From Chiloscyllium plagiosum (lineage: Eukaryota), in the NCBI RefSeq assembly GCF_004010195.1, contig NC_057728.1, positions 50,479,804-50,532,839 of the forward strand: a DNA stretch of 53,036 nucleotides, read 5' to 3'. The first letter of the stretch is position 1. The number at the start of each line of letters is the position of its first letter. Of this stretch, positions 37,364 through 48,105 are shown piece by piece. The translations under genes were made by a program, and so were the position numbers. The notes under the pieces were generated by a model, which was not told where the DNA came from, did no database searches, and saw only the letters and a program-made list of their open reading frames with translations.

Positions 37364-37491
37364 TGAAAGAAGGTGACAGTGATGAAAGCCTGAATGGGGG
37401 ATCTGCTGGAGTTAACATCAGTGAAACCTTGGAAATGGAATTGCGTTCTCCAACTACACCAAACCCAGCAGCAGAGGGAGTGCCAGCAGCA
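37364..37491 (+). CDS. PPFIBP1: Liprin-beta-1 linker exon ((V)KEGDSDESLNGGSAGVNISETLEMELRSPTTPNPAAEGVPAA), 128 nt, phase 1-0
   Basis: ctgctatag| ... |gtaagt; phases fit both neighbours; weak similarity to human KDGEYEELLNSSS...KSPSPTP. Confidence 0.85.
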
Positions 37492-39267
37492 GTAAGTTAA
37501 TTGTTTCAGATTGGAGCATAACTATGACATTCTTCAGATTCATTTTCCTTTAATGGGTCTTGGTGAAGTAGTGTGGATTTAAAATGAGAATTGTCACCAG
37601 AATCTCTCCTAGAGTATGTGTTTGTGGAATGGCAGGACACCAGGAATTGTGAAACAGCAGCTTACAACGAACCTTCCAAGAGTACTTGAACTAATGAATA
37701 TAGCAGAGAAAAACAATGTAAGATGTCACTCTGTGATGTGGAATTTGTAAATTTGCTGTGTTTCTATATTTGATGCAATAATAGTACCACATTCTCATCC
37801 ATGTACCAAGTTTACAGCAAGTGCATTGTCAGTGACATCTCATTCGGATGGATGTTGACTACACTGTTGTTTTATCACTGTTAGTGATAAACTATTTTGT
37901 TAGTGAAGGTAAAATATTGTCTCCATGTTGCTTTCAGATGATGGTTAAGTGCTGTAACCAGTGATAAATGAGTGCATAAAGGGGCTTCTGCAAGTTAGAT
38001 GAAGAGCAGATGTAATTCCTTGTAATTGTAAGCAGGTGAACTTGGAGAGAAGACATGAGATGATAGATTACAAGCAGATATGGTAAAGTGAAATCCATGT
38101 CAATTTGAAAGGACTGTTGAGATTTGTTAGTAAAAAGATGGAGGATATTTTGTTCTTAAATGTTCTTGTTCTTGAACATAGTTTTGAAAGAGTATATTGG
38201 ATAGCACATGTGGTCGCTTTCTACTCAGATTTCGCACTTGTGCGTTAATAAACTGAATAGAAGTAACTACCAAAATTCCCATGTGCTTTTCCAACCCTAT
38301 TTTAGTATAATGATAGTTGGATTCTTCAGTATTTGGGGAAAAAAAGTGTTTTACTTCCAACCAAGTTCCCTTACGCCACAGAAATTTAAATTTAAAATTT
38401 ACTGTATTTGTGTAATAAAGAAATCATGGCATCAAATGTATAGGAGCTAAGTGTGTGTTTCTGGAGTATAGAGTCATAGAGATGTACAGCACGGGAACAG
38501 ACCCTTTGGTCCAACTCGTCCATGACGACCAGCCATCCCAACCTAATCTGGTCCAGTTTGCCAGCACTTGGTCCATATTCCTCTAAACCCTTCCAATTCA
38601 TATAGCCATCCAAATGCTTTCTAAATGTTGTAATTGTATCAGCCTCCACCACTTCCACTGGCAGCTCATTCCATTAATGTATCAATGTCTGCATGAAAAG
38701 GTTGCTGCTTAGGTCCCTTTTATATCTTTCCCCTCTCGCCCTAAACCCATGCTCTCTAGTTCTGGACACCCCGACCCCAAGGAAAAGACTTTGTCTATTT
38801 ATCCTGTCTATGCTCCTCATGATTTTATAAACCTCTATAAGGTCACCCCTCAGCCTTCAATGCTTCAGGGAAAACAGCCCCAGCCTATTCAGCCTCCTCT
38901 TATAGTTCTAATCCTCCAACCCTGGCAACATCCTTGTAAATCTTTTCTGAACCCTTTCAAGTTTCACAATATTCTTCCAATAGGAAGAAGAACAGAATTG
39001 CATGCAATACTCCAAAAGTGGCCTAACCAATGTCCTGTACTGCTGCAACATGACCTCCCAACTCCTGTATTCAGTGCTCTGACCAGTAAAGGAAAGCATA
39101 CTAAATGCCGCCTTCACTATCCTATCTACCTGCGACTCCGCTTTCAAGGAGCTATGAACCTGCACTCCAAGGTCTCTTTGATCAGCAACACTCCCTAGGA
39201 CCTTACAATTAAGTGTATAAGTCCTGCTAAGATTTGCTTTCCCAAAATGCAGCAACTCGCATTTATC

Positions 39268-39589
39268 TAGGTTAAATTAGATTCCCTACAGTGTGGAAAC
39301 AGGCCCTTCAGCCCAACAGGTCCACACCGACCATCCGAAGAGCAACCCACCCAGACCCATTTCCCTCTGACTAATGCACCTAACACTATGGGCAATTTTA
39401 GCATGGTGAATTCACCTGCCCTGCACATCTTTCGACTGTGGGAGAAAACAGGAGCACCGAGAGGAAACCCACGCAGACACAGGGAGAATGTGTAAACTCC
39501 ACACAGAGAGTTGCCCGAGGCTGGAATTGAACCTGGGACCCTAGTGCTGTGAGGCAGCAGTGCTAACCATTGAGCCACCGTGCCACCCC
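39268..39589 (-). mobile_element. HE1-like SINE nested in CR1
   Basis: Full head to tail; imperfect TSD atctaggttaaa / atctaaattaaa. Confidence 0.93.
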
Positions 39590-39685
39590 AATCTAAATTA
39601 AACTTGTTCTGCCTCACCCAGCCCATTGGCCCATCTGATCATGGTCCCATTGTAATCTGAGGTAACCTTCTTCATTGTCCACTAC

Positions 39686-39992
39686 ACAGTGGCACGGTGG
39701 TTAGCACTGCTGCCTCACAGTGCCAGAGGCCCGGGTTCAATTCCCGCCTCAGGCAATTGTCTGTGTGGAGTTTGCACATTCTCCCTGTGTCTGCGTGGGT
39801 TTCCTCCGGGTGCTCCGGTTTCCTCCCACAGTCAAAAGATGTGCAGGTTAAGTGAATTGGCCATTGTAAATTGTCCGTACTATTAGGTGAAGGGGTAAAT
39901 GTAGGGGAATGGGTCTGGGTGGGTTGCTTTTTGGAGGGTCAATGTGGACTTGTTGGGCCGAAGGGCCTGTTTCCGCACTGTAAGTAATCTAA
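39686..39992 (+). mobile_element. HE1-like SINE nested in CR1
   Basis: gtggcacggtggttagcactgctgcctcacag...gggcctgtttccgcactgtaagtaatctaa; host reads actacac|cctcctattttgg. Confidence 0.93.
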
Positions 39993-40784
39993 AACCTCCT
40001 ATTTTGGTGTCATCTGCAAACTTACTAACTATACCTCCTATGTTCATATCCAAATCATTTATATAAATGATGAAAAGTCGTGGACCCAGCACCAATCCTT
40101 GTGACACTCCAGTGGTCACAGGCCCTCCATCATTACCCTCTATCTTCTACCTTCGAGTCAGTTCTGTATCCAAAAGGGCTAGTTCTCCCTGTATTCCGTG
40201 AAATCTAACTTTGCTAACCTGTCTCCTGTGAGAAACCTTGTTGAATACCATACTGAAGTCCATATAGATCACATCTACCGCTCTGCCCTCATCGATCCTC
40301 TTTGTTACTTCTTCAAAAAACTCAATCAAGTTTGTGAGACATGATTTCCCATGATTTTCCAGGTTGACTATCCCCAATCAGTGCTTGCCTTTCCAAATAC
40401 GTGTAAATCCTGCTCAGGATTCCCTCCAACAACTTGCCCACCACCAACATCAGGCTCACTGGTCTATAGTTCCCTGGCTTGTCCTTACCACCTTTTTTAC
40501 ATAATGGTACCACATTAGCCAACCTCCAGTCTTCTGGCACTTCACCTGTGATTATTGATGATGCAAATATCTCAGCAAGAGGACCAGCAATCGCTTCCCT
40601 AACTTCACACAGAGTTCGAGGGTGTACCGATCAGGTCCTGGGGATTTATTCTTTATGCATTTCATAACATCCAGCACTACTTCCTCTGTAATATGGACAT
40701 TTTTCAAGATGTCACCATCTATTTCCCTATATTCTATACCTTCCATGTCCTTCTCCACAGTAAACACTGATGCTAATTCTCTTT

Positions 40785-43270
40785 CATGTTATAGCATTTC
40801 CAGCATGGAAATAGGCACTTCACCATGTTTATGCTGACCAACAAAAACCAAACCACACTAATCCCATTTACCCACAACTTGGTTCATAGCCTACTATGCC
40901 CCAGTATTTTAAGTACTACTTAAACGTTGCAAGACTACCTGCCTCCACCATCCTCTCAAGCAGCATGATCCATATATTTACCACTCACTGGGTAAATAAA
41001 AATGTTGTCTGATCTCCTTGAAATCACTTGCCTCTCATCTTAAACATATGCCCTATGGTCTTTAGACACATCTGTGGGTAAGAGATTCTCACAATCAGCT
41101 CTGTCTGTGTGTCTCATAATTTTGATTATCTCAATTAGGTTCCCCCCTTGGCCTTCTCTGACCAAAGGAAAACAAACCCAACCTCTTTGGTGCAATTGCA
41201 ACATTTAAGAGGCACTTGGATGGGTATATGAATAGGAAGGGTTTGGAGGGATATGGGCCGGGTGCTGGCAGATGGGACTAGATTGGGTTGGGATATCTGG
41301 TTGGCATGGACAGGTTGGACCGAAGGATCTGTTTCCATGCTGTACATCTCTATGACTCTTCTCATAACTGAGATGCTTCATTCCAGACAAAATCTGAGTG
41401 AATCTCCTCCCCACCCTCTCCAGTGCAATAATGTCCTTCCTATAGTGTGGGGACCAGAGCTGCACACAGCATTCCTTCTATGGCCAAACCAATGTTTTAG
41501 AAATATGACTTGTAATAGTACTTCCTTGCTCCTATATTCTACACCCCAGTTAATGAAGGCAAGCAGCCCATATGCCACCTTCACCACCCTGCCTATCTTT
41601 GACACCATTTGGGATCTATGAACTTGTGCACTGAAGTCCCCTTGTTCTTCTCTACTCCCTCGTGACCTTCCATTCATTGTGCGCCTCCTTCCCTTAGTAG
41701 ACCTCCCAAAATGCATCATCTCGCACTTATCGGGATTAAATTCCATCTGCCATTGCTCTGTCCAATTCACCAGCTAATCAATATCAGATTGCAGTCTGAG
41801 ATCATCCTCTTCACTAAAGCAGCACCACCAATTTACATGTCATCTGCAAACTTAGTAATTAACGTTTCTACATTCATATCTAAGTCATTAATGTAGATAA
41901 CAAGCAACAAGGGTCTAGGCACTGATTCCTACGGTATACTGTTTGTCACAAACTTCTTAGTCACAGGCTTCCAATTCCAAAAGGAACCCTGTACCATTAG
42001 CCTTTGCTCCTTCTCTTTGTAAGCCAATTTTGGATCAGGTTTGCCAACTTGCCTTTGATCCTATAGGTTCTATCCTTTTGGACCAGCATTCTGTTTGGAA
42101 CCTTGACAAAGGCATTACTGAAGTGCATGTAAATCTCATCAACTGCACTACCCTCATCAATATATTTATTAACCTTTTCAAAACCTGAATTAAATTAGAC
42201 AGGGTCTCCCTCTAACAAATCTCTGACTATCCCTGATCAATCCCAGTCTTTCCAAGTACTGATTAATCCTGTTCTTAACAATGTTTTCTAATAATTTCCC
42301 TACCACTGACATTCTGTCATTTCCTGGCCTATCCCTGCTGCTGTCCTTGAACAAAGGAATGTCATGGAGCAAAGGACAGCACAATAGCTGTATGGTTAGC
42401 ACTGCTGCCTCATAGCACCTGAAACCCGAGTTTGATTCCAGCCTCTGGCGACTACCTGTGTGAGTTTTGCACATTATCCGAGTCCGCCTTGGTTTGCCCT
42501 GGTTTCCTCTCACGGTCCAAAGATGTGCAAGTTAAGTAGATTGGCGGTGATAAATTGTCCAGGGGTGGATTAACCATGATGATATGTGGGATTACTGAGA
42601 TAAGGTGTGGGGCTAGGACTGGGTGGTTTGCATTTGGGAGGGTTGGTATGGACTCTGTTGGCAGCATGACCTCTTTCCACTTAATTCTGAAGTCATCTGG
42701 CACCTCGACTATTGCCAGCGAAGTGTTAAATATATCTGTCAAGGTTCATAGCCTGGGATGCATCTTATCAGGCCCACATGATTTATGTACCTGTACACCT
42801 GCTAAAACATCTAATACCACCTTATTACTAATCTAGAACTAATCTTTATGTTCTAGAACCTCATCATCCCAATTGAAATCTCCAGTGATGAAGTATTTAT
42901 CCCCTGTAATTAGAGATGAGAAGTATTCATTTCACATCCACTTGCTCCATGCGTAGATTGCCCGTTTGGTTTCTAATAGGTCACCCTCTTTATCTAGTAA
43001 TCGTCTCACTCTTACTATACTTATAAAAAGTGTTGGGGATTTCCTCGATCCAATCTGCCAATGATATTTTGTGGCCCCTCTGTGCCCTACTGATTCCCTT
43101 TATAAGCAATGCCTACACACACTATACTTTGGGCCTCCACTGTTTGAATGTGCTGTACCTACGATTCCTCTGTTTTCTTTATCAAACTCTCTATCCCTTG
43201 ACATCCAGGGTTCCTTGGACTTGGGACTGTATCCCTTCACTCTTAGAGGATCACACTGGAATACTTCTGG
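40785..43270 (-). mobile_element. Older CR1 LINE with nested + strand CR1 tail (about 41186-41359) and SINE (about 42374-42670)
   Basis: ORFs 41378..41770(-) WQMEFNPDKCEMMHFG, 42190..42513(-), 42452..42742(-). Confidence 0.88.
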
Positions 43271-43586
43271 TTCTCAGAAGCTTTGAGTAAGATTTGATGG
43301 AAAATCTGCAGGTTAAGATCACTCTACTGAATTTCCTGCATTGGTGTATTATTTGGGTAAAAAGCTGATTTTAAGGACTACTGCTAGTTTTTAATGTTCA
43401 CATACACAAACAAAAACTTCATCAGAGGCCACCAGACTTGGAACATTTCTCTCTGTAGATGCTGCCAGACTTGAGTTTCACCAGCAATTTAGTTTTGTTT
43501 GGATTTCTAGCAACCAACTTTGTTTGTTTTTATTTTGTTAAAAGAATGCAGTGGCTGAAAAGCATAATTTGCTAATTTTGTTTTAG

Positions 43587-43714
43587 GAGCCAGTTGAAAT
43601 CCACACTAGCATCCTTCAAGTGCCAATTCCCGTAGTGTCATCTACTCCTAAGACTCATGCTCCACAGGTAGATAAGAAGATGGACCCTGATGTTGAAGCA
43701 GCATCTGATGTTGG
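43587..43714 (+). CDS. PPFIBP1: Liprin-beta-1 linker exon (EPVEIHTSILQVPIPVVSSTPKTHAPQVDKKMDPDVEAASDV+2 nt), 128 nt, phase 0-2
   Basis: ttgttttag| ... TGG|gtaaat; EIHTSILQVPIP resembles human EFHTTILQVSIP. Confidence 0.88.
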
Positions 43715-44509
43715 GTAAATCACACTTTTGCTTTTTTGCCTAACTTTCGAAGGTTAGATGTAACTGTGAGGCTTTAAAGACTGTGATTGACATCCTGTAT
43801 TGTATGAAGATGTGATGTATTTAAATATCTAGCAAATAAAATAATTGCCCAGATTTTCCTGTGTCCAACTGGGATGGAAGTTTTACCTGAGGACTCTGCG
43901 GAATCCCCATTATAGCTGACTGCAAAGGAATTGGCCTAGAAATTGAAGATTCTGCTGGACCGTCTCTTCCACCCACTCCAGCTTAAACCTAAATCACTGT
44001 GTCATTTACCTTGCCACTTAGCACCCTACTGCCTTCTTACATGTTTCCCTACCCAGCTTGCATCCTGCCACCTACTCCGCTGTCACCCTACCCACCAGGT
44101 AACTCGCCCCTCGCCCCTTGCCCCTGCCCTCCTGGCACCTTCCCAATCTGCCCCAGCACCCTAACATCTTTCTTAACTTGTGTATTTGATCCTGACAGCT
44201 ACTGCCAAATACTTTTAGTTGTCAGAATGCAGCAGCTGACTTCAATGAGAAGGAGGGTATGGGTTGGTTTTTCTCTGGTAATTCTGCAGTATGAAAAAGC
44301 TGTCAGAATGGAAAAACTCCACAGTTCTGAAAGAGCCCTGGACAGAATCTCCTCCAGAAACGTGGAGCTCCCTCCTCTTCTAAAAAAGAAAAGACTCGGA
44401 GCTAATAAAACTTTATTTAGATACTTGATTAGCTAATATATGATACTTTTTTCTAAGAGTGTACATATTTGTACAATATAACTTGGTGTAAATTTACATT
44501 TTACTACAG

Positions 44510-44572
44510 TGAAATACAGCCAAGTGACATCTCTTCATTAATTGAAGAAACTGTCATATGTGACAGTCCTAT
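44510..44572 (+). CDS. PPFIBP1: Liprin-beta-1 linker exon ((G)EIQPSDISSLIEETVICDSP+2 nt), 63 nt, phase 2-2
   Basis: ttactacag| ... |gtaagt; phase-compatible, stop-free; TVICD recalls human TQLCD. Confidence 0.8.
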
Positions 44573-45439
44573 GTAAGTATAATGCAAATACAAGATCATT
44601 TCACATCAGTCTGTTAATAATTGTTATAAAGACATGTTATACGTTACATGAAAAATCAGATTGCACCGTTGTTTCAAACTGTCTACCTACCTGATGAGAA
44701 GCTTATGGGGAGGTAATATACTGTTATATTTTTGTTTATTAGCAGGACATCTGAGGTCTTTTATTTTTAGAAGGTGTATTTATTTAAGAAAAATTGTATA
44801 ATGCTGTACTCAAAGCACATTCTGGTCTTGCCCTCTAAAATGTAGGAAAATTATAGTATGAAATGGTCACATCACAGAGAGCTGCCAGTCAGCCGCAGCA
44901 AGTCTATGTCAACTCTCTGCAAAACCGCTTTTGCTAGTTCCACTCCCCTGCCCTTTCCTGATAATCTTGTGCCTTTTTTCCCTCTTCAGGTACTTATTCT
45001 GTTTCCTTTAGACATTCACAATTGAATCTGCCTCCACTGCACTCTGAAACAGTGCACTCTCTATATCATAACCACGAGATTCTTTCATTGCTCTCCTCTG
45101 GTTCCTGACCCCTCTTCAACTGAATCAATTTTTGCTTGTTCCTAAAAATTCTAAGGAGACCTTTTCTAGCTGCCTCAGATTTTGAAGAATAAACGGGGCA
45201 AAAGGGTTAAGATTTGATAGGAATCGTTGGCAAGTGTGAAAGGACAAGATTTATAGTCATTGACATCCTGAAGTCTGAAAGTGTGCTGGAGGCAGGTTTT
45301 GTCATGAATTTCAAAAAAATTGAATTGAATTATCCTCTAAATAGAAAAACTGCAGAGCTTTGGTGGGGGGGGGTGGGGGTGGAAGGAGGGGGTAGTAATG
45401 GTGAGGTGAGCAGCAGAGGAGTGGGATGTCACTGCAACA

Positions 45440-46340
45440 GTTTCTCAAGATAGTGTCCTCAGCCCAGCCATCTTAGCTGCTTCATTAATGACCTTCCTTC
45501 CAGCATCAGATCAGAAGTGAGGATATTTGTCCATAATTCTACAATTTTCAGCTCCATTCACAACTCCATAGAGTACTAAAGGAATGTGTGTATTCAATAA
45601 AAGATCTGAATGATGTCCAGGTTTCAGCTAGTACGTGACTTGCAACATGCCAGTCTGTGACCATCTCCAACAAAAGAAAATCTAGCCATCGCACCTTGAT
45701 TGATAAGTGACATTACTATCACCGAATCCCCACTGTCACTATCTTAAATGTTAACATTGACAAGGAACTGAACTGCACCTGCCACATAAATACAGTGACT
45801 ACAGAAGCATATTAAGACTAGTAGTTCTATGATGAGTAACTCACCACCTGTCTCCCCACAAACAGGTGCAAGTCAGGAGAGTGGCTTGAATGAATGGAGC
45901 TCCAACAGCACCAGAACCTGTCAAGTCAAAGCAGCCTGCTTGGTTGGCGTCCCATTCACCTCCTTTGTCAACCATCCCCTTCACCAAAGTCATACTATGG
46001 CAATGAAATGCGCCATCTAGAAAATGCATTGAAGTAACTCACCAAGGCTCCTTCAGTAGCACCTTCCAAACTCATAAGCTCCATCATTTAGGTGCACGGG
46101 GACAATACAACCTGCAAGTTCCCTTCTGATGTGCATTTGATTCTAACTAGGAACTATATTGTCATTCTTTAATCATCACGGCATTGAAATCTTGGAACTG
46201 CCTAATAATATTGAGTGTCTCTACATTTCAATGACTGCAGCAGTTCAAGGTGGAAGCTAACCATCACCACCTCCAAAGCAATTAGGAATGCTCAATAAAT
46301 GCTGACTGAACCAGTGATGCTCATGTCTCATGAACAAATA
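45440..46340 (+). mobile_element. Degenerate CR1/L2-group LINE 3' part (putative partner of Deu-domain SINE)
   Basis: Q.SVL.P.I..CFINDLPS-like RT motif at about 45447-45500; tail gcaattaggaatgctcaataaatgctg...ccagtgatgctcatgtctcatgaacaaat. Confidence 0.72.
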
Positions 46341-46930
46341 ATCTTCTGCAGAGGATCAACATGGTGCAATAGTCTGAATAACCTGTGCTGTTACCATTCT
46401 ATGATTCTCAAGCCTCCTCTCAATTTCTTCTAACAATATCCAAGCCCAGCTTCTGCAATCCAGCAGTGTGACTATAGTTCCTCATCTGTGTAACCGTTCT
46501 TTCAAAACTTCCAGTATGCTACCTAATACCTTTGTATCCTTCCTAAGCTGTAGTGCCAAGAATTGAATGTAGTAGTGTAGTAGCGGAAGAACCGCTGTTT
46601 TTTAAAGATCTTCATAACTTCCTTGTCTTTGTATTCTATAGATTTATTTTTGACACAAGGATACCTTATCATTCATCATCTTGATCTGAACCTGCCACTT
46701 TCAATTATTTTCGTACATGTATGCTGATGTCCCTTTTTTATGCATGATTTAGAATTAAAACTTGTGGTTTTTATAATCTTCTCAGTTTGAGAGAATGGAC
46801 AAAAGTCTGCCAAATGTAGCATATGAAAATTTGAAGTCGTTCACATTGGCAGGAAGAACGATTAAGCAATTATTAAAGTATTACTTAAACTGAAAATGGC
46901 AGCAAAAATTCGAGTTACAGCAACAATTAT

Positions 46931-47193
46931 ATCATAGAATCCCGACAGTGTGGAAACAGGCCATTCGGTCCACCAAGAGTATCCCACACAGACCCAACCC
47001 CATACCCTATAATCCTGCACTTCTCATGGCAAATCGAGCTAGTCTGCACATCCCTGGATAGTATGAGCAATTTAGCATGGCCATTCCACCTAACCTGTCT
47101 ATCTTTTTACTGTGTAGACACTGGAGCATCTGGAGTAAACCCACACAGACACTGGGAGAATGTGCAAACTCTGGAATCGAACTCGGGTCCCTG
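46931..47193 (-). mobile_element. HE1-like SINE, diverged and truncated
   Basis: acagtgtggaaacaggcc...ggaatcgaactcgggtccc. Confidence 0.85.
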
Positions 47194-47405
47194 CTTCAGG
47201 TCCATGAGTCATAAAAATTAATACACCAGTACAATACATAATCAAGAAGGCTAGTAGATGCTATTTTTACTAGTATTTAGAAGAGTGAGTGGTGACTTAC
47301 ATAGCAACATGGAAGATAAGAGCAGGAGTAGGCCATTCGACCCCTAAAATCTGCTCTACCATTCAAAATAACTACTGCTGATCGTTGAGCTCAGTACCCA
47401 AATCT

Positions 47406-48105
47406 ATGATGTGGAGGTGCTGGTGTTGGACTGGGGTGGACAAAGTTAAAAATCTCTCAACATCAGGTTATAGACCAGCAGGTTTATTTGGAAGTGCTAG
47501 CTTTCAGAGCACTGCTCCTTGGATCATAAGATACAGACTTTATAGCAAAAGATCGCAGTGTCATGCATGCAACTGAATCATAGAATGCCCATAGTGTGGA
47601 AACAGGCCTTTCAGCCCAACAAGTCCACACCGACCTCTGAAGAGTATCCCACCCAAACTCATTCCCCTACCCTATTAGTCTACATTTACCCTTTACTAAT
47701 GCACCTACCCTACACATCCCTGAACATTATGGGCAATTTAGTGTGGCCAATTCATCTAACCTGCACATCCTTGGACTGTGGGAGGAAACCAGAGCACCCG
47801 GAGAAAACCCATGCAGACACTGGGAGAATGTGCAAACTCCACAGTCGCCCAAGGCTGGAATCAAACCGGTCCATAATGCTGTGAGGCAGCAGTGCTAACC
47901 ACTGAGCCACTATGCTACCCCAAACCTAGATCCAGGTTTGCTGAATGTATCACTTTAGTTGCATGCATGACACTATGATCTTTTGCTCTAAATTGTGTCA
48001 TGTGATCCTACTCCACAGCTACCTGATGAAGGAGCAGCACTCCAAAAGCTGGTATTTCCAAATAAACCTGTTGGCCAAAACCTGGTGTGTGATTTTTAAA
48101 CTTTG
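47406..48105. mobile_element. Penelope-like family 4 fragment with inverted ends and degenerate hammerhead core
   Basis: 47431-47520 mirrored at about 48029-48105; TSD cccaaatct at 47397-47405 and 48106-48114; ac-CTGATGA-A-GGAG(cagca)CTCC-AAAA-GCTG-gt at 48021-48053. Confidence 0.8.
47575..47921 (-). mobile_element. HE1-like SINE nested in the family 4 element
   Basis: Full-length minus-strand copy (ORF 47558..47884 is its antisense reading). Confidence 0.9.

Larger units (their letters stand above)
38468..40770 (-). mobile_element. CR1 LINE 3' ~1.7 kb interrupted by two SINEs
   Basis: ORFs 38908..39255(-), 39883..40119(-) KFADDTKIGG, 40322..40540(-) PEDWRLANVVPL. Confidence 0.94.

Noticed and set aside
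43405..43515. Decayed Penelope-terminus-like sequence (also about 51050-51165)
   Set aside because: Too diverged to delimit or to show a complete hammerhead core.
43661..43673. Internal donor CAG|gtagat in the 43587 exon
   Set aside because: Phase 0 does not fit the next exon (phase 2); the donor at 43714 does. It could only be used with further skipping.
43999..44436. 145-aa proline-rich ORF
   Set aside because: Low-complexity C-rich, probably repeat-derived; no splice or homology support.
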